From contig JBNJFV010000001.1 in assembly GCA_051747145.1 (NCBI GenBank), forward strand, positions 1-50,824: a stretch of 50,824 nt of DNA, given 5' to 3'. The DNA is from Halobacteriota archaeon (GTDB taxonomy: Archaea; Halobacteriota; Halobacteria; Halobacteriales; Haloferacaceae). The notes under the pieces are model-generated. The model searched no databases. It worked only from the letters and a program-made list of their open reading frames with translations, and had not been told where the DNA came from. A program made the translations under genes and the position numbers. This document shows, in pieces, positions 1 through 8,711 of the stretch (the first letter of the stretch is position 1; every line of letters starts with the position of its first letter).

Positions 1-26
1 CGCAACCACCAAACGAGAAATTGCCT

Positions 27-98
27 GCCTGGGTAGCTTAGCGGTAAAGCGCGTCCTTGGTAAGGACGAGAGCCCGGGTTCAAATCCCGGCCTAGGCT
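27..98 (+). tRNA. tRNA-Thr (anticodon GGU)
   Basis: Hand-folded cloverleaf. Acceptor stem GCCTGGG/CCTAGGC (one G-U); D stem GCTT/AAGC; anticodon stem CGTCC/GGACG with loop TTGGTAA (anticodon GGT); 5-nt variable loop; T stem CCGGG/CCCGG with loop TTCAAAT. 72 nt, CCA not encoded. Confidence 0.88.
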
Positions 99-386
99 TC
101 CGATACCCGTTCCTTCTTGCAGTTTACCCGATTTCCGTCGAAAAAAATATGTATACGTTGCAAGAACGCGAGGGGGATTCTAAAGTTGCCACCTCGACGG
201 AGTCATGCGAGTTTGGGAAATTATCAGGACTACTGGACAATCCATTTAAATTTTATTCTATCAATAGAATAGGTTCTAGACAAGAGGAGCGACGAAAATA
301 ACGTACAAAGATGACAACAAAGTCGATGGAATCCCTCCTGTCACAGAGGACGCGAAAGAGCACTGAAACTCGAAACAAGAAATCAC

Positions 387-1350
387 GGCCATGTTTGAAC
401 GACTGAATTCACGGGTTTGAATGCTTTACGGGCAATTCGAGGTTTCTGACGGCTCATTTGAGAATGAGTTCGCGGAACTGTCCAAACCAGGTTCATGCTT
501 GAAGTGTTCCGCCAGATCGCTGGCGAAGCGCGAAGAATATCGATTCGACATTCGAGCACTGATGGTACGTTTTATCATATATCAAGGCATTTTATGCAAA
601 TCCTTCCCATCCAAACACTCTCCGTCGAATCAGTGGTTTAACGCCCTCTACACATAGTTTATTTCTCAGTAACCACCAGCCGTACCCTTGTCCGCAGTGA
701 TTGTTGACAGTTTGTCGAGGTTCCGCTTCAAGACCTGCCAACCGACCTGTGGATCGTACGATTGTGTCATCGAACAGAGAATATATGGGATTACACCGGT
801 AGTGCAATCGACCAGGATCATCGTCTTGACAGCTCTGAACGTGTAATTCGTGCGTTTCGCGTAGTGCTGGCTCCCGCTGATGCGATCAACGCCGGTAGCG
901 TCGATAGCTTGGATTTCACCTAACTCGTGAAGAGCAATTGCCAGTCCAAGAAACGTTCGTCTGATTCCCATCTTGAACTCCTGCATTCGGCCGCAGACTG
1001 TCGAGAAATCGCGTAGCATTGACGGATGAAATCCAAGAATTCGAGAGATCCGAGGCATCTCGTACAGTATTTCCATTAACCGTCGGTACGGTTGATCGAG
1101 ATACTCACGAAGGGCGTGAATCGATACGATCATCCAGTTTGTATATCCACTTTCGCCTTTCTTGACAGCAGGGGCTGGCGGTCCAGCGACGGCTTTTTGA
1201 ACAACAGACACTACCTTTTTCGTGAAACGGGCAAGTTCGGTAAGCACAACCAAACTCACCCGCTTCACTTCCTAGTAACTTGTCATTAAGAGTGATATAT
1301 AATCAGTCATAGAGCTTCTACACCTTGATTTCTAGCGTTCAAACAACGCC
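387..1350 (-). mobile_element. Decayed IS4/IS5-superfamily insertion sequence (~964 bp) with imperfect terminal inverted repeats
   Basis: The left end is GGCCATGTTTGAACG (387-401). The reverse complement of the right end (1336-1350) is GGCGTTGTTTGAACG, 13/15 identical. The repeats enclose all the broken transposase frames. GC is low relative to the rest of the window. No obvious target-site duplication. Confidence 0.6.
454..1268 (-). pseudogene. DDE transposase (DDE_Tnp_1-like), disrupted by frameshifts and stops
   Basis: ORF 666..1268 has DATGVDR...SQHYAKR...ITADKG and then terminates where intact relatives read ADKGYD. The continuation GYGWWLLRNKLCVEGVKPLI lies in the shifted ORF 592..807. 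Further family-typical pieces, YHQCSNVESIFFALRQRSGGTLQA* (about 493-567) and TWFGQFRELILK* (about 454-491), lie in other frames. Confidence 0.7.
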
Positions 1351-1385
1351 AATTATTCGAAACTTTATTTTACGTGTAATTCAAA

Positions 1386-4070
1386 TTGACATTCGTGTCT
1401 GATGTGAACACTTTGCATGTATCACGGCGTTTGCTGCTCAAAATGGCGTCAATACTCCCGTTCATAGGGTGGGCGTCACGTCCAGGAAAGGCGAAAACAA
1501 GCGTTTTCGTCGATGAGGACGAATCACATGTTCGGATCGGAAACAGCCAACTTGAACTCGAGTTTGGAAAAGCTACCGGAAGTATCGAACAAGTGCGGGC
1601 GGTAGAGTTAGGACTTGATCTCCGAAACAGTTCAGGGAAAGGGCCGAAGATGACGTGGGAACTCTCTTTCTATCATCCTGAGACAGAGTCGTTGACTGCG
1701 CCATCGTACGAGGCAGAGAATACAATAGTCGAAACGAGAGATGACGGTGACGAGGTAGGTGTAACAATAACATGGACGAACCCGCGACTCCACCCTAACG
1801 TTCAGGAAGGCCCTCGTTTTGAGGGGAAAGTCACTGTAGAGGTATCTGTTCGCAAAAACGATCCCCTGTCTTACTGGCAGATTGATGTTGAAAACAACGA
1901 TAGTTTGGCAATCAAATCAATCGAATGTCCGAAAATTATGGATATTGATGCAGTCGCAGACGATGGTACTGACGGTATCACGCTCCCGTCTGAGATGGGG
2001 CGTCGTTTCATTGATCCGACACGGAAATTCAAGGAACTCGGAGAGTCGGCTGGTATGACTTATCCTTCGGGTTTTGGGACGATGCAGTTCACCTCTTATG
2101 CCGGTCCCAATGGCGGATTTTATTCTGATGCTCGAGATACTGAGGGACACGTCAAGCGATGGCGCTGGGGGCAGAGTTGGGAAGACCCAGATCGGCTTCG
2201 GTTTGATGCTTCATACTTTCCACCACAATTGCCAGGAGAAGATGTTCACGTCCCATACACAGTGACATTCGGTGCGTTGGACGGTCGGTGGTACGATGCG
2301 GCAGATCGGTATCGCTCGTGGGTCGACTCTGAAGGTTATCTTAGCGATTTTGACGGTGGGCAACCTGATTGGCTCCGTGATCTTGGAGCAACCTACCGAA
2401 TCGAAACCTATCATCCTGAAGGAGAGACCGTTGAATTCGATCGAGCCAGTGAGCTCGTTCAAGAGATGGAGACGTTCCTTGACCTTCCGCTTCAATTCCA
2501 ATTCGGTCAGTGGCAACATGGCCCAGATGATAGCCCGGTCGAAGGCTGGGAGAGTTTCACTAAAACCGTTGGTGACCTTGCGTCCGCCGGAATCCGGACA
2601 AACTCATTTGTCGGCGGAAACATCATCGGTCGAGACAATTCGGTTTTTGAAGAAAACGAGAACGCTACCGAGTGGGTGGTTCGTGACCAGAATGGTGAAC
2701 CTGATTGGATCGGCGACCAAGAACAGTTGTATCCAATTGAGTCGACTCAGGACGGCTGGCAACAGTATATCCGGAACTATATCGAAAACCTGCTGGATCG
2801 TGGAGTCACTGAAATTCAGTACGATGGCTTTCCATACGTATTGCCTGAGTGCTATGATCCGAACCATGATCACCCTCCTGGACAGGGTGGGAATTGGTTT
2901 GCATCAGCCGCACGGGAGGACACTCGAGAACTTCAGGAACTGCTCAGGGAGGCGGACGATGGCGTGTTAAGCGGTGAAGGGATCTGCGACTTTTATGTCC
3001 CGTATCTCGATGTATTCAACACACGTGATGTGTTTGGTGAGTATTTCATCCAAGATATCGATACAGGATGGGTCGAGATAATCCCACTATTCGAATACGC
3101 GTTTGGGGATATTGTGGTATCTCGAAACCAGAACCACGAGGGGCTCGAAAACGAACCATCCATCACACGATTGTTCACGGCTCGCGCCCTCATGTGGGGA
3201 GCACTCCCTGTGTTCCGTCATGCTGATCCCGAAGCGGATCCGGAGGTTCCTGGGTTCGACAACCCCCCAGAGTCGCTGATACACTTTCGACGTGTCGCTC
3301 AAGCCCGGGCATATTACGCTAACCGATTCCTTGCACGAGGACGGATGCTTCCGCCACCAAATATCGACACTGATGAAGTGATACTTACCAGCCATAGTGG
3401 AGTTGAAGTCAACACAGACGCCGTCTTGGGAAGTGCATGGGAATCAGCAGAGGGTGAGATGGGACTTGTATTTACGAATGTTAGCAGCGGGGATACACCA
3501 CGGACACTTGAGGTAGATATTGATTTCGGTGAACAACCGTTCTCCGTCCCCGAGGGCGAGACGTTGGCGTACGTCGTTCGGAACGGTCAGTACGAACGGC
3601 TCGGCGATCCATCTGCGACCGAGCTATTGGTTGAGGTTGCTCCTGATCACGTTGTTCTCGTTGTGGTGGCTCCTCACAGCAGGGAATATGAGGAGGCGCT
3701 TGAGACAATTGTCGATGCACAGGATGCGGTCGGGGATGATGACACTGAAGATACGTTAATTTCAGCTAAACGTGCGCTTGAGGCCAGAGACTTCACCGGA
3801 GCAATCGAACATGCGGAAGCTACTCAAACTTCTTCTGAACCAAACGAGAATCCTTCGGAGACTGGTTCGAATGGAGATGAATCGGAGTCTGATCCAAACG
3901 AAGATACATCAGAGACGGATCCAAACGAAGATACATCAGAGACGGATCCAAACGAAGATACATCGGAGACTAGTGAGGCAATCCCTGGATTTGGCTTGGT
4001 GGCTGGAGCAGCTGGCGTAGTCGGTGCTGTGAGCGCCAAGCTCTTGAATGATCGAGATAATGAGGAGTGA
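1386..4070 (+). CDS. Large secreted protein of unknown function (possibly glycoside-hydrolase-like core) with Tat signal and PGF-CTERM anchor
   Basis: 894-aa ORF. The N-terminus has the twin-arginine motif SRRLLLK followed by a hydrophobic stretch. The C-terminus IPGFGLVAGAAGVVGAV is a PGF-CTERM (archaeosortase) signal preceded by a Thr/Glu/Asp/Pro/Asn linker. GC is visibly lower than in the core genes. The start is uncertain (TTG 1386, GTG 1395 or 1404); an AT-rich TTTATTTTA lies about 20 bp upstream. The hydrolase idea is a weak recollection only. Confidence 0.75.
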   Translation: MTFVSDVNTLHVSRRLLLKMASILPFIGWASRPGKAKTSVFVDEDESHVRIGNSQLELEFGKATGSIEQVRAVELGLDLRNSSGKGPKMTWELSFYHPETESLTAPSYEAENTIVETRDDGDEVGVTITWTNPRLHPNVQEGPRFEGKVTVEVSVRKNDPLSYWQIDVENNDSLAIKSIECPKIMDIDAVADDGTDGITLPSEMGRRFIDPTRKFKELGESAGMTYPSGFGTMQFTSYAGPNGGFYSDARDTEGHVKRWRWGQSWEDPDRLRFDASYFPPQLPGEDVHVPYTVTFGALDGRWYDAADRYRSWVDSEGYLSDFDGGQPDWLRDLGATYRIETYHPEGETVEFDRASELVQEMETFLDLPLQFQFGQWQHGPDDSPVEGWESFTKTVGDLASAGIRTNSFVGGNIIGRDNSVFEENENATEWVVRDQNGEPDWIGDQEQLYPIESTQDGWQQYIRNYIENLLDRGVTEIQYDGFPYVLPECYDPNHDHPPGQGGNWFASAAREDTRELQELLREADDGVLSGEGICDFYVPYLDVFNTRDVFGEYFIQDIDTGWVEIIPLFEYAFGDIVVSRNQNHEGLENEPSITRLFTARALMWGALPVFRHADPEADPEVPGFDNPPESLIHFRRVAQARAYYANRFLARGRMLPPPNIDTDEVILTSHSGVEVNTDAVLGSAWESAEGEMGLVFTNVSSGDTPRTLEVDIDFGEQPFSVPEGETLAYVVRNGQYERLGDPSATELLVEVAPDHVVLVVVAPHSREYEEALETIVDAQDAVGDDDTEDTLISAKRALEARDFTGAIEHAEATQTSSEPNENPSETGSNGDESESDPNEDTSETDPNEDTSETDPNEDTSETSEAIPGFGLVAGAAGVVGAVSAKLLNDRDNEE
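3891..3971. repeat. 27-bp tandem repeat x3 inside the CDS (encodes DPNEDTSET x3)
   Basis: GATCCAAACGAAGATACATCAGAGACG occurs at 3891-3917 and 3918-3944 (identical). The third copy at 3945-3971 has 2 substitutions. Confidence 0.95.
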
Positions 4071-4096
4071 TCTTCTGTAACATTATCGCTCGTGCA

Positions 4097-4884
4097 GCAC
4101 TGTCTAGTTATCCTCCTGAGCTGGCGTTCGGCCATCGAGCGATTGATGGGGTCGTTGAAAATTAGAGTAATGAACGAACACTGCAAGTCACTGGCGGACG
4201 CTCAGCCGACTGCCCACCCATGAGTTGTGGAACCGGCCGACCCTCATTTTGAACGTTTGAAACCACTTTTCGATCAGGTTTCGCCCCGTGTAGGTGACCC
4301 GACCGGTTACTCCTAACCGAGCGAAGGCAGTCCGATATCCAAAGGCATCGGTCAGAAACACCGTGTCTGCACAGTCGTGTTTCTCACAGACGCCGTGGAG
4401 AAACGCAGCCGCCGGATCAGTTCCGTGCCGCTGGAACAACGCGACGTCGAGAATCACTTTTGTGTCGATATCTATTGCAGCATACAGCCACGACCACTCG
4501 CCATAGATTTTGACAGCGGTCTCGTCGACCGCGACCCGCCTCGGCGTTGTCTTCGGCGGGTCTGAAACGCTGTCAGCCACCCGATGAACCCACTGAAAAA
4601 CTGCTTGAAACGAGCGTTCGACGCCGAGTAGCCGAAGAATGGCTGCAGTCTCTCGAAGCGACAGTCCTGCTGCATGGAGTCGGACGGCGAACGCCCTAAT
4701 GGGCGTCCTCAGAACGCAAAGCGTTCTGATGGGCTGCACAAGAGCTTTGCTCTTGTGAACGTCGCCCCGTCCGCCCTCGCTGCCAACATTCAAGCGTAGC
4801 TGTATCCAACCTCTCGCTGAGCAGGTCTTCGAGCAGCATAGGAAACTAGCTCTTCGACCTGTTCATCCCTTAACTAGACGGTGC
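4097..4884 (-). mobile_element. IS6-family insertion sequence, 788 bp, apparently intact
   Basis: 14-bp terminal inverted repeats: GCACTGTCTAGTTA (4097-4110) versus the reverse complement of 4871-4884, GCACCGTCTAGTTA (13/14). The GCACTGT start resembles the IS26-type IR as I recall it. One transposase ORF lies 78 bp from each end. The flanking 8-mers CTCGTGCA and CCTTCGAT differ, so there is no target-site duplication. Confidence 0.8.
4188..4793 (-). CDS. IS6-family DDE transposase
   Basis: 201 aa with an HTH-like N-terminus (LSLRETAAIL). DDE-region motifs are VAVDETAVKI, WLYAAIDIDTK, FLTDAFGYRTA and NLIEKWFQTFKMR, typical of IS6/IS26-like transposases. Confidence 0.85.
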   Translation of the reverse strand: MNVGSEGGRGDVHKSKALVQPIRTLCVLRTPIRAFAVRLHAAGLSLRETAAILRLLGVERSFQAVFQWVHRVADSVSDPPKTTPRRVAVDETAVKIYGEWSWLYAAIDIDTKVILDVALFQRHGTDPAAAFLHGVCEKHDCADTVFLTDAFGYRTAFARLGVTGRVTYTGRNLIEKWFQTFKMRVGRFHNSWVGSRLSVRQ

Positions 4885-4970
4885 CCTTCGATGCGGCTCT
4901 CCACGACGAAGATGCGGCGAGTGAGGTTCTGCCGATACGACGATTGGTAAGACCAGCGTAGTACGTGTAT

Positions 4971-5252
4971 ATGTCCGAAGCGGTCACAAACGACGACAGC
5001 GGAGACGACATCACCACGGAGAATTTCACACTCACCGAGTCGTTTCTCGAGCAGATAGACGACACGTGGCAGGGACGGGGGGTCAACAGCCGAAGCGAGT
5101 GCATCCGGTACACGCTTCGGGATGCCGTCGAGTTCCCGACGTTCGACCGCGACGAACTCGTCGCCCTGCTCGAATCCGAGGAGGACATCCGCGAGGGTCG
5201 GACGACGATCGCCGAGGAGGCCCACGAGCGGTTCGGCACGAGCGACGAGTGA
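4971..5252 (+). CDS. Ribbon-helix-helix (CopG/antitoxin-like) domain protein
   Basis: 93 aa from ATG 4971 (the ORF track starts at GTG 4965). It is acidic, with FTLTESFLEQIDD...SRSECIRYTLRDAV matching the beta-strand plus helix-helix pattern of RHH proteins. Confidence 0.55.
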   Translation: MSEAVTNDDSGDDITTENFTLTESFLEQIDDTWQGRGVNSRSECIRYTLRDAVEFPTFDRDELVALLESEEDIREGRTTIAEEAHERFGTSDE

Positions 5253-5369
5253 GGTGGAGTGGAAGTGAGAACTTCCCTCGACGGCTGAAGACGACCTCGA
5301 CGGAGGTGAGAAGTGTGCACGGCTGTAGTCCGTCTGGCCGCAAGGCGTTGATCGGAGGGTCGCAGACGG

Positions 5370-6002
5370 CTACCCGAAGAGGTTCTGCAGCGTCAAGAAG
5401 ACGAAAAGTAGAATCACCGCTTCGGAGACGATCCACGAGTTGTCGTTCATCCAGTCGCGGATTTCCGGAAGCGCGGCTTCTGCTCGCTCGCCCAGCACGA
5501 ACACGCCGATCGACGGAAGCGCCAGGATGAAAAGCGTGAGCAGGACGAACCCAACCGCGTCCGTGATCGGATCGCCGTTCGCCGCAAGATAGGTGCCGAC
5601 ACTCATCGAGGTGACGATGTCAGTCGGAAAAAAGCCCAAGAGGAGAACGCCCAGTCGAAACGAGAATCGCGGCGTCGCGGTAGTCAACGTCCCCATCCAC
5701 GCCGGTGGCTCCGTGATAGTGCGCTTTCGAAAAGTATCCACTGCCGCATAGAGGAGGAGGGCGAGAACGACGACGTGGAGTAGTTGTGTCGCGCTCGCAC
5801 CGAGCAGACCGCCGCCACCACCGAAACGGTTCCCGAGGAGGTACGCGGCGACGACGACGAAACTGATAGAGAGGAACGCACCGAAGACGTACGCCGCCGA
5901 GTTCGCCCGCCACGTTTCGCTCGTAGCAAGGAAGATAGAAGAGAGAATCTGTGGGCCGGCAATCATCACGATGGCCAACGGAAGCACCTGCAAGAGACTC
6001 AT
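5370..6002 (-). CDS. Polytopic membrane protein (GAP/Sap-like family; assignment from memory)
   Basis: 210 aa with about 6 hydrophobic helices. The N-terminus MSLLQVLPLAIVMIAGPQILSSIFLATS is typical of that family. There is a Gly-rich loop between the halves. Confidence 0.6.
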   Translation of the reverse strand: MSLLQVLPLAIVMIAGPQILSSIFLATSETWRANSAAYVFGAFLSISFVVVAAYLLGNRFGGGGGLLGASATQLLHVVVLALLLYAAVDTFRKRTITEPPAWMGTLTTATPRFSFRLGVLLLGFFPTDIVTSMSVGTYLAANGDPITDAVGFVLLTLFILALPSIGVFVLGERAEAALPEIRDWMNDNSWIVSEAVILLFVFLTLQNLFG

Positions 6003-6369
6003 GGCTCGTGTCCGCTGTGGGTAGATTCGTTCTGTCTACCGGACTCTCCACTTTCGAGACCGTATGAATTGTACAACATTATCGTGCGTCTCTGTCGGAT
6101 CGTAGTAGGCCAGCGAAGGCAATTAGTGTTATTGTGACAACACGATTGTGCGCATATTTTCACGACCGTCGTTCGCTTGCAGTCGCTTCGCTGCCGATCG
6201 GACCTCCCGACGCAACGAATGTCGACGGTAAAGGTGGACTGTTCCGGATCATTTCTTCACCGGCGGAGGGCGGAGACACTGCCCCGCGTCGGTACGGTAC
6301 ATCACGTTTCGATGGCTGTTCGGTCGGCTCGGACGGCAGCGTATTTTCGCTTCGTACGGATGCGGCCGA

Positions 6370-7023
6370 TTATCGATCCCGATCGCCGTCAAAATCTGCG
6401 TATCCGCGATCGATCGCACGATCGCCGATCGCAGCCAACAGCCGAGCAGTGCCGGCAGCGACGGCCACGAACAGTGCCGCGGCCAAAAGGAGCAGGCCGC
6501 CGAGATCCAGCAGGTCGATCCCGAGTCCGATCGACGCGAGGGACGCTTCCAGAAGACCGGTGGAGGGGAGCACCAACAACAGCACGCCGAGTCCCGACAG
6601 CGCCACGACGTCGTCTGCGCGGCCGGTACCCCACGCGCGGAGTCGCTCTCGCACCGTCGAGGGCGGTTTGAACTCCGGAAGGCGGGTTTCGGCGATCTCC
6701 CGGGCGACGTCTGGGGGAATCTCGTAGGGATCGATCTCCTCGATCGGCCGATCGATCGCGGCGGGGTCCACGTAGCCGCCCACGCCGTCAGGCAACCACC
6801 AGATCCGACCCTGCCCGGTCGCAAGCGACGCCACGAGGCCCTCCTCGGCGAGGTCGTCGAGCCGGCGTTTGACCGTCTGTCTCGCGATCGGAAGCTCCGC
6901 GGCGACCAGCGCGGTCGGGACGGCCGGAACGTCGAGGCCCGAAGTGACACCCTCGAGCGCTTCGAGGACCTCCTCGTCGGTCGCTTTCTGTGCCGGTGGG
7001 GGTTCGGTTGCGTTCGACGTCAT
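6370..7023 (-). CDS. Membrane-anchored winged-helix DNA-binding protein
   Basis: 217 aa. The N-terminal wHTH is AAELPIARQTVKRRLDDLAEEGLV...GRIWWLP. The C-terminal half has two hydrophobic helices (VVALSGLGVLLLVLPSTGLL and LGGLLLLAAALFVAVAAG). Confidence 0.65.
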   Translation of the reverse strand: MTSNATEPPPAQKATDEEVLEALEGVTSGLDVPAVPTALVAAELPIARQTVKRRLDDLAEEGLVASLATGQGRIWWLPDGVGGYVDPAAIDRPIEEIDPYEIPPDVAREIAETRLPEFKPPSTVRERLRAWGTGRADDVVALSGLGVLLLVLPSTGLLEASLASIGLGIDLLDLGGLLLLAAALFVAVAAGTARLLAAIGDRAIDRGYADFDGDRDR

Positions 7024-7040
7024 CTCCGATCCTGCTTCGA

Positions 7041-7064
7041 ATTACGGGTGGCCGTATTACGGGT
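7041..7064. promoter_or_regulatory. 9-bp direct repeat ATTACGGGT x2 (period 15) in the divergent wHTH/CPBP intergenic region
   Basis: ATTACGGGT occurs at 7041-7049 and 7056-7064. The repeat lies in the 87-bp gap between the minus-strand start at 7023 and the ATG at 7111. A regulatory role is inferred only. Confidence 0.35.
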
Positions 7065-7110
7065 AAACGGTACACCCCCTTCATTTCTCCGGCGGGACGT
7101 CGTCAAGTCG

Positions 7111-8127
7111 ATGCCACTGGATGACCACTCCACCCGAGACGACGCGACCACCGCCGATCGGTCGACCGATCGATCGCCCACCATTCGACTCGAGGCCGAG
7201 TCGGAACCCACCGATCGGTCAACGGATCGATCGCCAAGCGTGCGAGCCGATACAGATGCTGCCGTGACAGTCCGCCCGATCGATCGGCTCCGGCGAGCGG
7301 TCCGAGCGCGTCCCGTCGGCGCGTTCTTCGCGATCGTGTTCGCGTACTCGTGGGGACTATTCGCGGTCCTGTACGGCGTCGTCGGTCCGACGCGACTGAT
7401 CGAATCGAGGCTGTGGATCGCGCCGTTCGCCTGGGGGCCGGCGATCGGCGCTGCTACGATCGTCCACCTGAGCGGCGGATCCGTCCGGACGTGGGCGTTC
7501 GAACGCGCCGATCCGCGGACCAATCTGCGATGGTACCTCCTCGCCGTCGTCGCGGCGGTACTGTTGACGAACGACGGGAGCCTGCTTGCGGGGCTTGTCG
7601 GCGTCGAACTCGAACCGACCGCCCCCGTCGAAGAGCTACTGGCGTCGCTAGCCATATCGCTGTGTTTCGCGGGTGCACTCGAGGAATTCGGCTGGCGAGG
7701 GTTCGCACAGCCGCGGCTGCAGGAGCGCTACGACGCGCTCGGCGCGGCGATCGTCGTGGGGCTCCTGTGGGGCGTCTGGCACTATCCGTGGCTCCTCGTG
7801 GGCGGAGCCGGCTACGGCGACGTCAGTATCGGCGCGATCGTTGGCTTTCCGATCATCACGATGCTCATGTCGATCGTGTTCGCGTGGCTGTACAACGGGA
7901 GCGGCGGCGTGGTCCCGGTCGTCATGCTCGCCCACGCGATCGTGAACACGACCCCCGTGATCGACACCGTCGGGCAAGTGCCGGGGTGGGTGGGCCCGAT
8001 TTCGATACTCCTCTCGATCGGCGTCGTCTGCGTTCCGATCGTCGTATACGGACGCAGGTATCTCGCTCCGAAAGCCCCCAGTCGATCGATTCGAAAATCC
8101 ACGCGGGATAACCGAAGAACGGAGTGA
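7111..8127 (+). CDS. CPBP-family (CAAX protease/Abi) intramembrane metalloprotease with low-complexity N-terminal extension
   Basis: Motifs in canonical order within a polytopic membrane protein: EEFGWRG, WGVWH and HAIVN. The N-terminus contains a duplicated DRSTDRSP segment. ATG 7111 is preferred over the track's GTG 7048, which would leave only 24 bp to the divergent gene. Confidence 0.8.
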   Translation: MPLDDHSTRDDATTADRSTDRSPTIRLEAESEPTDRSTDRSPSVRADTDAAVTVRPIDRLRRAVRARPVGAFFAIVFAYSWGLFAVLYGVVGPTRLIESRLWIAPFAWGPAIGAATIVHLSGGSVRTWAFERADPRTNLRWYLLAVVAAVLLTNDGSLLAGLVGVELEPTAPVEELLASLAISLCFAGALEEFGWRGFAQPRLQERYDALGAAIVVGLLWGVWHYPWLLVGGAGYGDVSIGAIVGFPIITMLMSIVFAWLYNGSGGVVPVVMLAHAIVNTTPVIDTVGQVPGWVGPISILLSIGVVCVPIVVYGRRYLAPKAPSRSIRKSTRDNRRTE

Positions 8128-8434
8128 CGGACGGAAAGAACGCGTCGGGATGACAGAATAAGGCGCAATACCCGGACACGCGGTGCCGATCGAACGTGAA
8201 TACCGCGACACGATCGACCGTGGCGTGATGCACGCACGGAGTGACCGGTCGAAGGCGTTCGAACCTACGCCACGGTCGATCGATGTCGCGGCGATCGATC
8301 ACGGTACGGTTCGATTTTACTTTCGGTTCGGTAGGCTCGGATTTATACGTGTGAACGCCCAATGAACGGACAGGAACAGCGAGTGGCCAGTGAGCTACAC
8401 AAACTGGGTCACCGTGGTGAGGAGGTGGATCGAA

Positions 8435-8611
8435 ATGAATCACGAACGGTCGTCAATACTCGGGCGCTGTCCGTTCTGTGGAGCGGACATACCGGCACAG
8501 CAGGCGTTGATCGAATACGAGTCCAGCGGAGGACCGGCGATCTACGCGGAGTGTCCGGACTGTGGGGACGTCGTCAAGACCGGCTCGCGAGTGGATGAAG
8601 CCTCACAGTGA
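8435..8611 (+). CDS. Small zinc-ribbon protein (two CPxCG knuckles)
   Basis: CPFCGADI...CPDCGDVV. GGAGG at 8421-8425 lies 9 nt before ATG 8435. A TATA-like ATTTATAC is at 8341-8348. The ORF track extends the frame to GTG 8390. Confidence 0.6.
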   Translation: MNHERSSILGRCPFCGADIPAQQALIEYESSGGPAIYAECPDCGDVVKTGSRVDEASQ

Positions 8612-8711
8612 CTGACAGCCGCCGCAATCGATCCAACACTGCTGTGTGCGCAGCGATCGATAGTGTCGTTTTACACGCCACCGTACCGCATGCGACCAAT
8701 CACGTCGACGT

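Noticed and set aside
149-301. 50-aa ORF (MYTLQEREGDSKV...) right after the tRNA.
   Set aside because: It has no motif and lies in AT-rich island sequence where short ORFs arise by chance. It cannot be supported from sequence alone.
5249-5530. Possible RelE/ParE-like toxin overlapping the RHH gene stop (GTG 5249; ...WSGSENFPRRLKTTSTEVRS...).
   Set aside because: The resemblance is only vague. The composition is Arg/Ser-rich. The frame also overlaps about 160 bp of the convergent GAP-like membrane gene, whose C-terminus looks complete. It is most likely an off-frame artefact.
8362-8598. Alternative 78-aa frame overlapping the zinc-ribbon gene.
   Set aside because: It is basic and Arg/Gly-rich with no motif. 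The competing frame has two CPxCG knuckles and a GGAGG before its ATG.
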